The notes beneath the pieces were generated by a model. It saw nothing but the letters and a program-made list of their open reading frames with translations, was not told the DNA's origin and did not search any database. A stretch of DNA of 63,261 nt, counting the filler, from Trichomonas gallinae (lineage: Eukaryota), in NCBI GenBank assembly GCA_008369845.1. It is 5 parts of 5 records of this genome, joined end to end, with 100 filler letters (N's around TTAATTAATTAA, not from the genome) between each part and the next. Parts side by side here need not be neighbours in the genome. Positions count along the whole stretch, not along the records: positions 43,254 to 63,261 come from MRSU01001339.1; 4 more parts are not named here. One strand, 5' to 3'. Shown here in pieces: positions 54,590-63,261 of this stretch. The position numbers and the translations under genes were made by a program. Position 1 is the stretch's first letter. Every line of letters starts with the position of its first letter.

Positions 54590-55073
54590 ACTTTTTCGAG
54601 CTCACTTTTTTGGAGTCCGGACCACAAAAAGTGGATCCAGCCTCTAATGGATCACCAGAATTTGTTCAGTCTCGCATGAACTTAAGCATGAGGCCAATGG
54701 TCATTGGATGAGAAGTCGTTCGGACCAACCCAATTTCTCCATTTTTGTAAATATCGATTTTATTATCGACATCGTCCTTGCAATTGAATCTTACATGTAA
54801 ATGACCAAATCTGACACCTGCCTGTTTCACATACTACACTTAGATTCAGAAAAATCTCATTAAGTTTAATCATGTTGGCAGTGAAACTCTTTTATATTTA
54901 ATCAGCATATCTGGTATCATAGACTGATCTACTGCCAGAGTGTGAACCAGCAGAAATCGCTTTAAATTCTAAGTCAACACCTTTTTGAGATGACTCTAGA
55001 TATTTAAAAAGTTAAAATAAATTAATTTAATATTTAATTGACTAACAGTAAAAGATATATTATACAATATTAC

Positions 55074-56489
55074 TCATGGAACTGGATCCTTAACATCAGG
55101 AGATCCATCAACTCTTGAACTTCCGAAGCGCAATTTCTTGGTGAAATAAAGAGCTCCAACAATTGCCCCAGAAACTACAGCAACTCCTGCAACGGCTCCT
55201 ACTGAAGCACCAACAATTTTAGCTGTTTTGCCGTCTCTTTGTTTTGAATCAGGTCCTGGCTTATCTGTTGGTTTTGGAGTTGGTTGACTTTGATTTCCTG
55301 TATTTCCTCCATTTGTATTCGTCGTTCCTGGATTTTCTGGATCTTCGTCTTCTTCATCATCATCTTCTGGATCGTCTGGAGTTCCTGGTGGTATTGGTGC
55401 ATCTGTTATTCCGCTAGCGATTTGTTCTTTTGTGAGAATTCCGTAGCCCATAGGAATTTCTTTAGGCAATTCAGGAAGAGGTGTCAAGCATTCTTCTTCG
55501 AGTGCATTTGAAGATCCCAACTGTTCCGTGAGCCTATATCTTTCAAGAGGTGTATATGTTGGCACCTTGAGCTGACATATTTTGGTTGTTCCTGAGAAAA
55601 CATGCATGCCAAACTGAGGTATTTTGCTTGGTAATCTTAGAGTCTGTAGATTTGAGCATTCACTTAAAGAATAATCGCCAAGTTGCAATAATGTATCAGG
55701 GAAGTCGAGCTCTCTGACTTTGCAATTTATAAATGCGCTGCCTTCTACTTTAACTAGATATTTTGGAATTTTAATTCTATAGAGTTTTTCAGTTTGTACA
55801 AAAGTTCCATATTGAATGAGCTTGAGTTTACTTGGTAATGAAACATATTCTAGCCACGGACATTGTGAGAATGCATAGGTACCAATTACTTGAACTTTTG
55901 ATGGTATTTTTAATTTTCTGATTTTTGTCTTAAAAAATGCTTTTTCACCAATAATTTCGAGACTTTTCGGAAGGTTAATCTTTTGAAGGTATTCACAGTT
56001 CATAAATGTGAATGGTTGAATACTCGTTATTGATGAAGGAAGAGTTATTTCAAGTAAACTCGTACAACCAGAAAATAGACTGGCTGATAGCACTGAGACA
56101 GAGCCTTTGAAGTCAACCTCACTTAAGCCTGTGCAATCTTTGAACGCAGAAACGCCAATAAAAGAAACTGTTTGAGGAATAGTAATTTTCTGGAGTGCTG
56201 TACATCCGCGGAATGCATTACTACCAATAATTTTCAAGGATTCTGGTAAAATAATAGATGTAAATTGTGAACAGCCATAAAAAGCTCTATATCCTATTTC
56301 AGTTAATTGGCTAGCCAGCGAGCAGTCTACTGTTTGAACATCTGTACTTTCAAAAGCACTTTCATCAATAGCGGTGCAATCTTGACGAACGATAACAGAT
56401 TGGCAGTCATTATGTCCTGTAAGAACAGTGTCAGTATATTCTGGTTCGCATGAAGTCGATAAAGAAAGAGAAAACAAAGAAACGAGCAT
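55074..56489 (-). CDS. BspA-like surface protein (TpLRR / LRR_5) with C-terminal TM
   Basis: About 11 repeats of L..I.LP.SL..IG..AF..C; signal-like N-terminus; acidic/Pro/Thr stalk; TM IVGASVGAVAGVAVVSGAIVGALYF. Confidence 0.93.
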   Translation of the reverse strand: MLVSLFSLSLSTSCEPEYTDTVLTGHNDCQSVIVRQDCTAIDESAFESTDVQTVDCSLASQLTEIGYRAFYGCSQFTSIILPESLKIIGSNAFRGCTALQKITIPQTVSFIGVSAFKDCTGLSEVDFKGSVSVLSASLFSGCTSLLEITLPSSITSIQPFTFMNCEYLQKINLPKSLEIIGEKAFFKTKIRKLKIPSKVQVIGTYAFSQCPWLEYVSLPSKLKLIQYGTFVQTEKLYRIKIPKYLVKVEGSAFINCKVRELDFPDTLLQLGDYSLSECSNLQTLRLPSKIPQFGMHVFSGTTKICQLKVPTYTPLERYRLTEQLGSSNALEEECLTPLPELPKEIPMGYGILTKEQIASGITDAPIPPGTPDDPEDDDEEDEDPENPGTTNTNGGNTGNQSQPTPKPTDKPGPDSKQRDGKTAKIVGASVGAVAGVAVVSGAIVGALYFTKKLRFGSSRVDGSPDVKDPVP

Positions 56490-56850
56490 GAAAAAAAAAA
56501 AAATTGTATTAATTCAAAAGTTGTGTTTTGTAAAACATTCAATTATTTTGGATTTTTGAAAGTGTATCACAAAAAATTGTTTTGAAAAATATTTTGAATA
56601 GAATAAATGCAGAATATATAATGTGTATTGATAAATATTTCATTAAAATAATTTTTTGAGAGGATTTTAATTATATAATACTAATATAAAATATTGGCAT
56701 TTATATAATATTACATTTTTGTAATTGAATTAAATTCAATTTATAATCATCTTAAAAAATAAATTGACGCAATCGTTTAATAAATTAATCATTAATAAAA
56801 AGAACATTTTCGTAAAAAAATTCGCGTATTCAAAATTAGAGTTTACATTG

Positions 56851-56856
56851 TCACTT
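56851..56856 (+). promoter_or_regulatory. Inr TCACTT of metallopeptidase gene
   Basis: GTCACTTTT 11 nt before the ATG at 56868. Confidence 0.7.
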
Positions 56857-56867
56857 TTATTATTTTA

Positions 56868-58862
56868 ATGCTGTTATATCTAATTAATGCAGTTGTAGCT
56901 GCTGCAAGTAAACCATCTTATCTCACTGAAAGAACTACCAAACAATTCAATCATCAGAATGTTCCAGCGTGGGATATCGATCTTGTTGAATTTGAAAAAG
57001 TTTTACTTGCCAAACCAACAAACGGCGACAAAATTAAGATAGTTTTGCCTGATCAGAACACACAGTATCAAGAATACGAAATTTGGCAAGTTCCATTATT
57101 TGGATTAGCAACCAGAAAAAAGTATAAAGGTAAACTGTTTGCATTTCGAGGAAATTTGGTCGGCGACAAGGAGGAACGCATCGGAATTGTTTACTGCTTC
57201 CAATCATTGAAAGTTTACTGGGCTAATTCTAAACAAACTATCGAAATGGATAAAAGCTTAAATGGTATTACAGTATTAGATCCTTCTAGACAATTTTCAA
57301 GTCGCTCACTTAAAGAAGTCAATTTAACTGAATCCCATAAGCACCATCATTTTTGCCGTGTTATTAGAGAGGCTGGACCGCAACTGCCAGACCCAGGTTT
57401 CTCATTTAATACAGACTTCGATAAATTTATGGATGATATCAAAGTTATCAAACTTCTTCCTTTTACAACTCAGTCATATTCCAAGGCCATAAACACAGCA
57501 AAAGGAGTACAATTAGAAGGACTTAGTGATGATGTTTTGAAATATAATGTTTTTAGCGCTACAGCTCTTTCTGTCCTTTATTTGAATGCAATTTATCTCC
57601 CAGTTCTCTCAACTCGTTTCGAAATGCAATTAGACTTAGACATGATTACACTTGATTATGATTCACGAGAAGCAAGGGCTAAATACGTTGATCTCTCCAA
57701 AAACAAAGACTATGCTATTGAAAATAAAGTCTTGGAATTCGCAAGCCAATATTTTGATTTGAAAGATATTGATATTAGCGTAATGATGGCAAATGGTATT
57801 TCACAAGGCTTGGCTATTCTCAAATCTATGACTCCAAACAATCCTAAAAGATCTGGAGCCTATGTTCTTGATTTCTTCAATGAATTTACACTTTTCCCGC
57901 ATACTCTTGCTCACGAAATCGGCCACATGCTAGGTTCTGACCATTCATTCCAATATACTCGATCTCCTTCAGAAAACTACTTGGAGGCAACAGAAGTCGC
58001 TTCTGGCGTTACTATTATGGCTTATCCTGGAAGAACGACATTTGATAATGTTCAAGCGGATAGTTATCCTTATTTCACATGGACGTCAAGCAAGCTCATG
58101 ATTAAGACACTTCTTGAGCATGATCAGATCAAGACCGTTCCGAAGAAGAACAGGAGGCCAATCATTGGAGACATGAAATATCGTTATTATATTCCAACTG
58201 GCACGGCCTTCTTACTCAATGGAACTGCAACTGATCCTGATGGTGATGTTCTTTATTATCTTTGGGAGCAGTCAGACCCTTATACTGATGTAGTCAACTC
58301 CGGCACTTTCTCTCCAGATTTGACATATGGTGCAATTATGCGTAATTACTTGCCTGTCCTTGAATCACATAGATTTGTCCCAAGACTTGATAGAATCAAA
58401 GCTGGAAAATTGACAGAGAGACCACCGCATATAGAAGCATGGGAAACTGTTGTTAACGTGCCAAGAAACATTACCATGGCTTTTGTTGTGCGCGACAGAA
58501 AATTAATGAGTGGCGAAGCTGGAAACACCGCTGTTAAGATTGTTGAGTTAAAGACCGTCCAAAGTGATCCATTCTTAATTTCTTCATTCAGCCAGGCTGA
58601 AACTATGAGACAAGGATCATCCCAAACTATCTATTGGACTGTTGGAAGTACTGCAAGTGGAGAGATAAACACAAAGACTGTAACTATTAAGTTCGCAGCT
58701 GATGGAGAACACTTTGATCATGTTCTTGCACAAAGCGTTCCAAACAATGGAAGGGCAGATGTTACAATGCCTTCAGTCGCTACATCAACAGGAAGAATTA
58801 TGATCCAAGGTGATGATAATGTATTCATTGCTATCAACACAGGAGATATTACATTGAATTAA
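56868..58862 (+). CDS. Reprolysin-like (M12B) zinc metallopeptidase, bacterial architecture, secreted-type N-terminus
   Basis: AHEIGHMLGSDH (HExxHxxGxxH), E.ASG.TIMAY Met-turn, prodomain with a Cys (HFC), IP.GT.F.L.GTATDPDGD.L.Y.WEQ.D Ig-like domain, C-terminal beta domain. Confidence 0.9.
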   Translation: MLLYLINAVVAAASKPSYLTERTTKQFNHQNVPAWDIDLVEFEKVLLAKPTNGDKIKIVLPDQNTQYQEYEIWQVPLFGLATRKKYKGKLFAFRGNLVGDKEERIGIVYCFQSLKVYWANSKQTIEMDKSLNGITVLDPSRQFSSRSLKEVNLTESHKHHHFCRVIREAGPQLPDPGFSFNTDFDKFMDDIKVIKLLPFTTQSYSKAINTAKGVQLEGLSDDVLKYNVFSATALSVLYLNAIYLPVLSTRFEMQLDLDMITLDYDSREARAKYVDLSKNKDYAIENKVLEFASQYFDLKDIDISVMMANGISQGLAILKSMTPNNPKRSGAYVLDFFNEFTLFPHTLAHEIGHMLGSDHSFQYTRSPSENYLEATEVASGVTIMAYPGRTTFDNVQADSYPYFTWTSSKLMIKTLLEHDQIKTVPKKNRRPIIGDMKYRYYIPTGTAFLLNGTATDPDGDVLYYLWEQSDPYTDVVNSGTFSPDLTYGAIMRNYLPVLESHRFVPRLDRIKAGKLTERPPHIEAWETVVNVPRNITMAFVVRDRKLMSGEAGNTAVKIVELKTVQSDPFLISSFSQAETMRQGSSQTIYWTVGSTASGEINTKTVTIKFAADGEHFDHVLAQSVPNNGRADVTMPSVATSTGRIMIQGDDNVFIAINTGDITLN

Positions 58863-59394
58863 TATAATTGTGAAATTTGTCAATAATTACTATATATCCT
58901 TAGAGTAAATTAATACACATGTACAATATGATTAACATAAATACCATCAGATATTTGGTGAATTTTTAAAAAACTTCCTCAATCAGCTGATGGTATTAAA
59001 ACGACGAATATAGAGCTATACATTCAAATTCATCTAAAGACAAAGTTTGTGTTACAATAAAACCTTTATTACAAAACAATTATATTAGATAATTGGTCGA
59101 TAAAGAAATAATTAGTTTGCATCAACGCGGAACGGGGATTTTTATGACAGCTAAAAGATGAGTCGCTTGCCTCCAGTTTTAACAGATACTCGTATAAAGT
59201 TACATTAAAAACTGCAATGTCGAAGCTTCGATTTTAAAAGTATGTGTTAAACTCATTCTCAGAATATGTGCAACTTGTTGTTGTAAACGTGATGGAATTA
59301 ATTAATATTATGGCATTAGTCCATCAAAGTTCTATGCTTTAATAAATGGCATTGACTCTGGTTCAAATCATTATATCCAATATCAAATATTGGA

Positions 59395-60747
59395 TCATAT
59401 TGATTCGATTTTGTCTAAAATGTTTGTAATAAGAGAGAATTGTTCATCATTTTGAGGGTCTAAATTCTGTATTTGTCCAAAAAGATCAATGTGATGAAAA
59501 ATATCAGACAATTTCGATAACGAGTCATTAGCGTCATACAGTTGTATGATTTTCCAAAAGGCTTCAAGAGAGACCTGAATATCGCTCATATTTTCGCCTT
59601 CAAGCGGAATATCAAGCAAATGTATCAATGTATCGCTAATTATTTGTGCAATGTGGTTGTAGTCGAATTTTTGGATGATCTTGGCCATCAGCAAAGCCAT
59701 TTCATTTGATATATTGAATTTTATGTCTTCATTTGCAAATTTTGTTAATAATATTTCAATAATATTGAATTGCAGCAAATTTTGAACAGTAGATTCATCA
59801 GATCTCAATAAAAGCAAACTAAAAACGCGACAAACCTCGAATAAAGGTTTGAAATCATTAGTATTTGATAAAAGATTGAGAAATCCTTGAGTTGGAAAAT
59901 TTGTTAATAAAAAATCTTCTTTTGACAGAAATAGCTGATATAATTTTGATATGTGGATAATCTTCTTATCATCAATAGTCGTAAAATATGAATTTAAATA
60001 AGCAATCATATCATCATGATAAAAATTTGCAATTGTATACGAATTACTTGCAATTAGGTTGATTATAACTGTTACAATTGTGTTTGAACCTTCTAAATCG
60101 AGAGATAAAATAAATTTTGAAATTTCAAGAATTTCATTGACAGAGTCGACAGAGATTGGATATTTTGAGTATAATTCGATGTACTTGCTAAAGAATCCGG
60201 ATAATTGACTGTCAATGTGAATGTGCTCTGATCCTATACTTAAAAAGATTTGATAAATTTTTTCTAAAGTAATAATCGATGAAAACTCTGAAAATTGGTC
60301 AGGAAAGTCGAGTATAAACAGATAAATGAGCCGCAAAGACTGAGTGCAAAGAAATGAAATCGGTGGATTAATAAATTCATTAATTTGTTGTATTAAGTCT
60401 GTAGAAATATAATATTCTGTAAATTGACGCCCTGCATATAGGACTGCTTCGATAGATTTAAGTATATTAAAGCGAATATCAATATCTTCATTATTTTTAA
60501 AAGAATTTAATAAAAATTCATGGTACTTTGTCTTTAATATGATATATTCTATTTCATCGTCTGTTGTTTCGCAGTATTCAGCAACATTTTTCGAATGTTC
60601 TCGAAATTCTTCAAGATTTCCATCAGAATATGATGTATAAACTAGTTGTATTTCGCTTTCTAACTCTGTTGGATTCTTAATTGTTGTAATATTTTCATCT
60701 GAATCATCATTTTCATCTTTTGGTATAACTTTCCAATCATTATTCAT
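59395..60747 (-). CDS. ARM/HEAT-like alpha-solenoid hypothetical protein
   Basis: Amphipathic helical repeats, acidic, ~450 aa; likely start MNNDWK. Confidence 0.75.
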   Translation of the reverse strand: MNNDWKVIPKDENDDSDENITTIKNPTELESEIQLVYTSYSDGNLEEFREHSKNVAEYCETTDDEIEYIILKTKYHEFLLNSFKNNEDIDIRFNILKSIEAVLYAGRQFTEYYISTDLIQQINEFINPPISFLCTQSLRLIYLFILDFPDQFSEFSSIITLEKIYQIFLSIGSEHIHIDSQLSGFFSKYIELYSKYPISVDSVNEILEISKFILSLDLEGSNTIVTVIINLIASNSYTIANFYHDDMIAYLNSYFTTIDDKKIIHISKLYQLFLSKEDFLLTNFPTQGFLNLLSNTNDFKPLFEVCRVFSLLLLRSDESTVQNLLQFNIIEILLTKFANEDIKFNISNEMALLMAKIIQKFDYNHIAQIISDTLIHLLDIPLEGENMSDIQVSLEAFWKIIQLYDANDSLSKLSDIFHHIDLFGQIQNLDPQNDEQFSLITNILDKIESI

Positions 60748-61042
60748 GAATTTGATTATCGTAAAACGCATAATAAACCATATTTTTGATTATATTTAAG
60801 TTTAAAGGACAAAATTAAGCAAAAATGAGAAGATTTTTTTATAAAAATTATATTAAATCGAATTCTGTTCCTAAAATGATAAGATTTTCAAATAGTAATG
60901 GTGAGTATTATGGTATTATATGATTTGAAGAGAATAGCAGGTATTTCTAAAATAAAAAATTTTGCTTTTAAGAAGCAAACATAAGAATAATGGAATATAA
61001 CATCTTTTATGGATTATATAAAGATAAATTAGGTGAATTTTA

Positions 61043-62362
61043 TTATTTTGGTAACAATGCAATTATTGCACATGCAAAAGCTGATATTTGTTCATCTTGA
61101 CTGTTTGCATATTCATCTAATACAGATAAATCAACATCTTCGAAATCATTGTCGTTGTTTGTGACTTTATATTTGATAATAGATTGAATGACAACTAAAG
61201 CATAATTTATGTATTTTCCTGTTTCTAATTGGTCAAATGAGTATGTCAAAATGTTTGGAACCTGATTAACAAACGAATTAAGCTGATGAAGATGACAAAG
61301 ATTTGCATAAAGGATAATAATTTCGGTTTTCACTTTGGCGCCTGAATTCTCGAGCAAATTGATAGTTGCTTGTGCAATTGGAGATTCAACTAATTGAATT
61401 GCAAATTGTTTGATTATTGCAATGTTTGATAAGCAGAAGATTAGTCTGGATAATATTTGATCTGGGACTTCTGGAACAAGGACTGAAACAACATGTGCAA
61501 AGAAATCAATTTCCATTAAATGTGTGCATTGCTCTTCTGAGATAGATGATATTTGTTCGAGAGTTCTTGCTACTATATCAAGATGTTCTGGGTGCAGTTG
61601 GTTAATAATTGGGATAAGTGGGTCGAGATAAGGAAATATATCGATATCTGCAGGATAGTTAAACTTTGCGTAAGTATCTAATGCATATATATTTGCTAAT
61701 GTTGAAATTCGATCTATACTAACGAGTTCATTGTACAATGGCAAATATTTTTCCATGTTTCCATTATCTTCCGTGATATAGCGAGTTGTAGCGATAAATA
61801 TATATTTTAGAACCATTTCTACGTCTTCTTGTGAAATATTTTCTAGTTTGGCCAATCCAATTAAATGATCAAAATAATGCCAATTATCTGCTAAATTTTT
61901 GGCAGCATTATGGATCCATGTATATGTAGCATTTAGTATTGATAGTGATAACTTAATAGGGACGCGAAATGGGAAATTATTAAGATTTTCGATTATTGAT
62001 GCATAAAGGGAACACTTATAAAATTTATGGATAAATACGATGCTTTTCTCTGTCATATCGGATATGAGTGAGTAGATGTGAAAAAGGATAATCGGATCAG
62101 TGAGTTTTTGAACTAATTCTGTCAATCTTAAATAAACTCCAGGTGGAAGCGAGTCAGCTACAAGTCCTTCATTTTGTAGAAGATATGACAAGCTTATTAT
62201 GCCTTTATGAATAAGTTCTATTTGATCCGAAAATAAATTTTGCTTGCACTGGTCCAAAGTTGATCCTGCTTGCTGTACATTATCTTTTTCGAGTTCTGCT
62301 GCGATTGCACTGTTACGATCTGCAACCCACACTTTAATATCATCAGGATTTTGTTCATTCAT
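61043..62362 (-). CDS. ARM-repeat (importin-alpha-like) hypothetical protein
   Basis: LIFCLSNIA, INLLEN....KTE....YANL, LDEYANSQ.EQI...A..II pattern typical of ARM C-termini. Confidence 0.75.
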   Translation of the reverse strand: MNEQNPDDIKVWVADRNSAIAAELEKDNVQQAGSTLDQCKQNLFSDQIELIHKGIISLSYLLQNEGLVADSLPPGVYLRLTELVQKLTDPIILFHIYSLISDMTEKSIVFIHKFYKCSLYASIIENLNNFPFRVPIKLSLSILNATYTWIHNAAKNLADNWHYFDHLIGLAKLENISQEDVEMVLKYIFIATTRYITEDNGNMEKYLPLYNELVSIDRISTLANIYALDTYAKFNYPADIDIFPYLDPLIPIINQLHPEHLDIVARTLEQISSISEEQCTHLMEIDFFAHVVSVLVPEVPDQILSRLIFCLSNIAIIKQFAIQLVESPIAQATINLLENSGAKVKTEIIILYANLCHLHQLNSFVNQVPNILTYSFDQLETGKYINYALVVIQSIIKYKVTNNDNDFEDVDLSVLDEYANSQDEQISAFACAIIALLPK

Positions 62363-63145
62363 TTAAATAATTAAAAAAATCTAAAAAATGAAATTTTCTA
62401 CGGAAATATCTGCTACTCGAATTCGATATCGTAAAAATTTGAGATTTTATTTTCGCTTCAATTTTGAAAACATTTTTGGCCTATTCGCTGTCAAAAATCT
62501 CACTTTTTCACACTGAAAAGTGTCGAAATTTTATGTTTACATGTCAAATATTTACAATTTGTAATAATTATATTAGCATATAATATATTAGTTATTACAT
62601 TAAATTATATATAAGTATGTATGTTAAATAGGGGCCAGGCCTAGTAAGGAGCTCTGTATTCCTTAAAAAACATGTGTTTTTTTATCATGTTTCACCCTTT
62701 ATTCTCAGAATTTTTATGTTTACGTGTCAGACTTTTGCATATTGCTCAACAATCTAAAACCTAGTTAAGAATATGATATTATGGATTACATTAGATAATA
62801 TATAAACAAAATCTAGCAAGGAGCTCCGTATTCCTTAGAAAACACCCATTTTTCAATCATTTTTAATCTTTTGATTGTCAAAATTTTGGTATTTACGTGT
62901 CAAATGGCAGGTTGCCCATCGCAAGCGCTCCAAACCCGTCTAAGTGAGTTTTTTAAACCTAGAAATAGCATTTTCTTACGTCGAAAGATTAAGAGTCATA
63001 TACTTTACCCAGTTGAGCTACACAGACTTGACAAATCTCATATGTATTTTAATCATAATGTAGAGTGTGAAAAACCACAAAGTGACGCAAACGATTATTG
63101 TAAAGTGGGGCTTTTAATAAATTTTGAATAGGTGTGTTTGGTCGT

Positions 63146-63150
63146 CCTTT
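63146..63150 (+). promoter_or_regulatory. CCTTT (M5-type) alternative initiator of a ribosomal protein gene
   Basis: CCTTT 7 nt before the ATG, with no TCA Inr; known from Trichomonas ribosomal protein promoters. Confidence 0.6.
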
Positions 63151-63157
63151 TATAGGT

Positions 63158-63261
63158 ATGCATCACGAGAAGGTCATCCCACAGAAGAAGCTTGACTACT
63201 GCACAAAGCTCCACGGTCTCTTCCGCAAGTACAAGAAGATCTGCATCGTTACATCCATGAA
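63158..63261 (+). CDS. RPLP0: 60S acidic ribosomal protein P0 (uL10), 5' partial
   Basis: MHHEKVIPQKKLDYCTKLHGLFRKYKKICIVTSM matches the uL10 N-terminal K..Y..KL..L...Y.K..IV...N pattern; strong C-ending codon bias; runs off the window. Confidence 0.75.
   Translation, partial: MHHEKVIPQKKLDYCTKLHGLFRKYKKICIVTSM

Noticed and set aside
54827..54850. Minus-strand AAGTGTAGTAT resembling the U2 snRNA branch-point recognition region
   Set aside because: The flanking U2 stem I/U6-pairing sequence and stem IIa are not recognisable; an 11-nt match can be chance. An Rfam scan would settle it.
1..63261. tRNA, rRNA and spliceosomal introns (GTATGT...ACTAACACACAG)
   Set aside because: None recognised by eye; all long genes read through as single ORFs. 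tRNAscan/Infernal were not run.

Overview
AT-rich, intron-less, gene-dense eukaryotic DNA that looks like a trichomonad parabasalid (Trichomonas-like). Support: TCA(C/T)T initiators just upstream of ATGs, a CCTTT element before a ribosomal protein gene, stop codons embedded in TAAA, and BspA-like, CARMIL-like LRR, transmembrane-cyclase and cathepsin L-like genes. The window is five contigs joined by four artificial 100-nt spacers (N44-TTAATTAATTAA-N44), so adjacency across gaps is unproven. About 30 protein genes are supportable. They include ribokinase, a CAMK kinase and a pseudokinase, IST1-like, cytosolic carboxypeptidase, cathepsin L, Nup93, Erv41/46, Rpt6, PAAF1/Rpn14, a RING-less MAT1, ZIP, CBL-like EF-hand, a BRCT protein, a frameshifted SLC13/Pho87-like transporter, TBC1D31-like, C9orf72-like, BspA and the 5' end of ribosomal P0. 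Three genes look bacterial in origin but sit in host context: IlvE, an arginase-family protein and a reprolysin-like M12B protease. Non-coding highlights are matching TTAA-flanked Kolobok-like transposon ends at two gaps, a recurrent intergenic TTTACATGTCA motif, a ~135-bp repeat shared by the Rpt6 and PAAF1 upstream regions, paired GGGTAAA boxes upstream of the cysteine peptidase, and a perfect 36-bp palindrome. No single clearly novel multi-gene system could be established. All family calls are from motif recognition by eye; no database searches were run.
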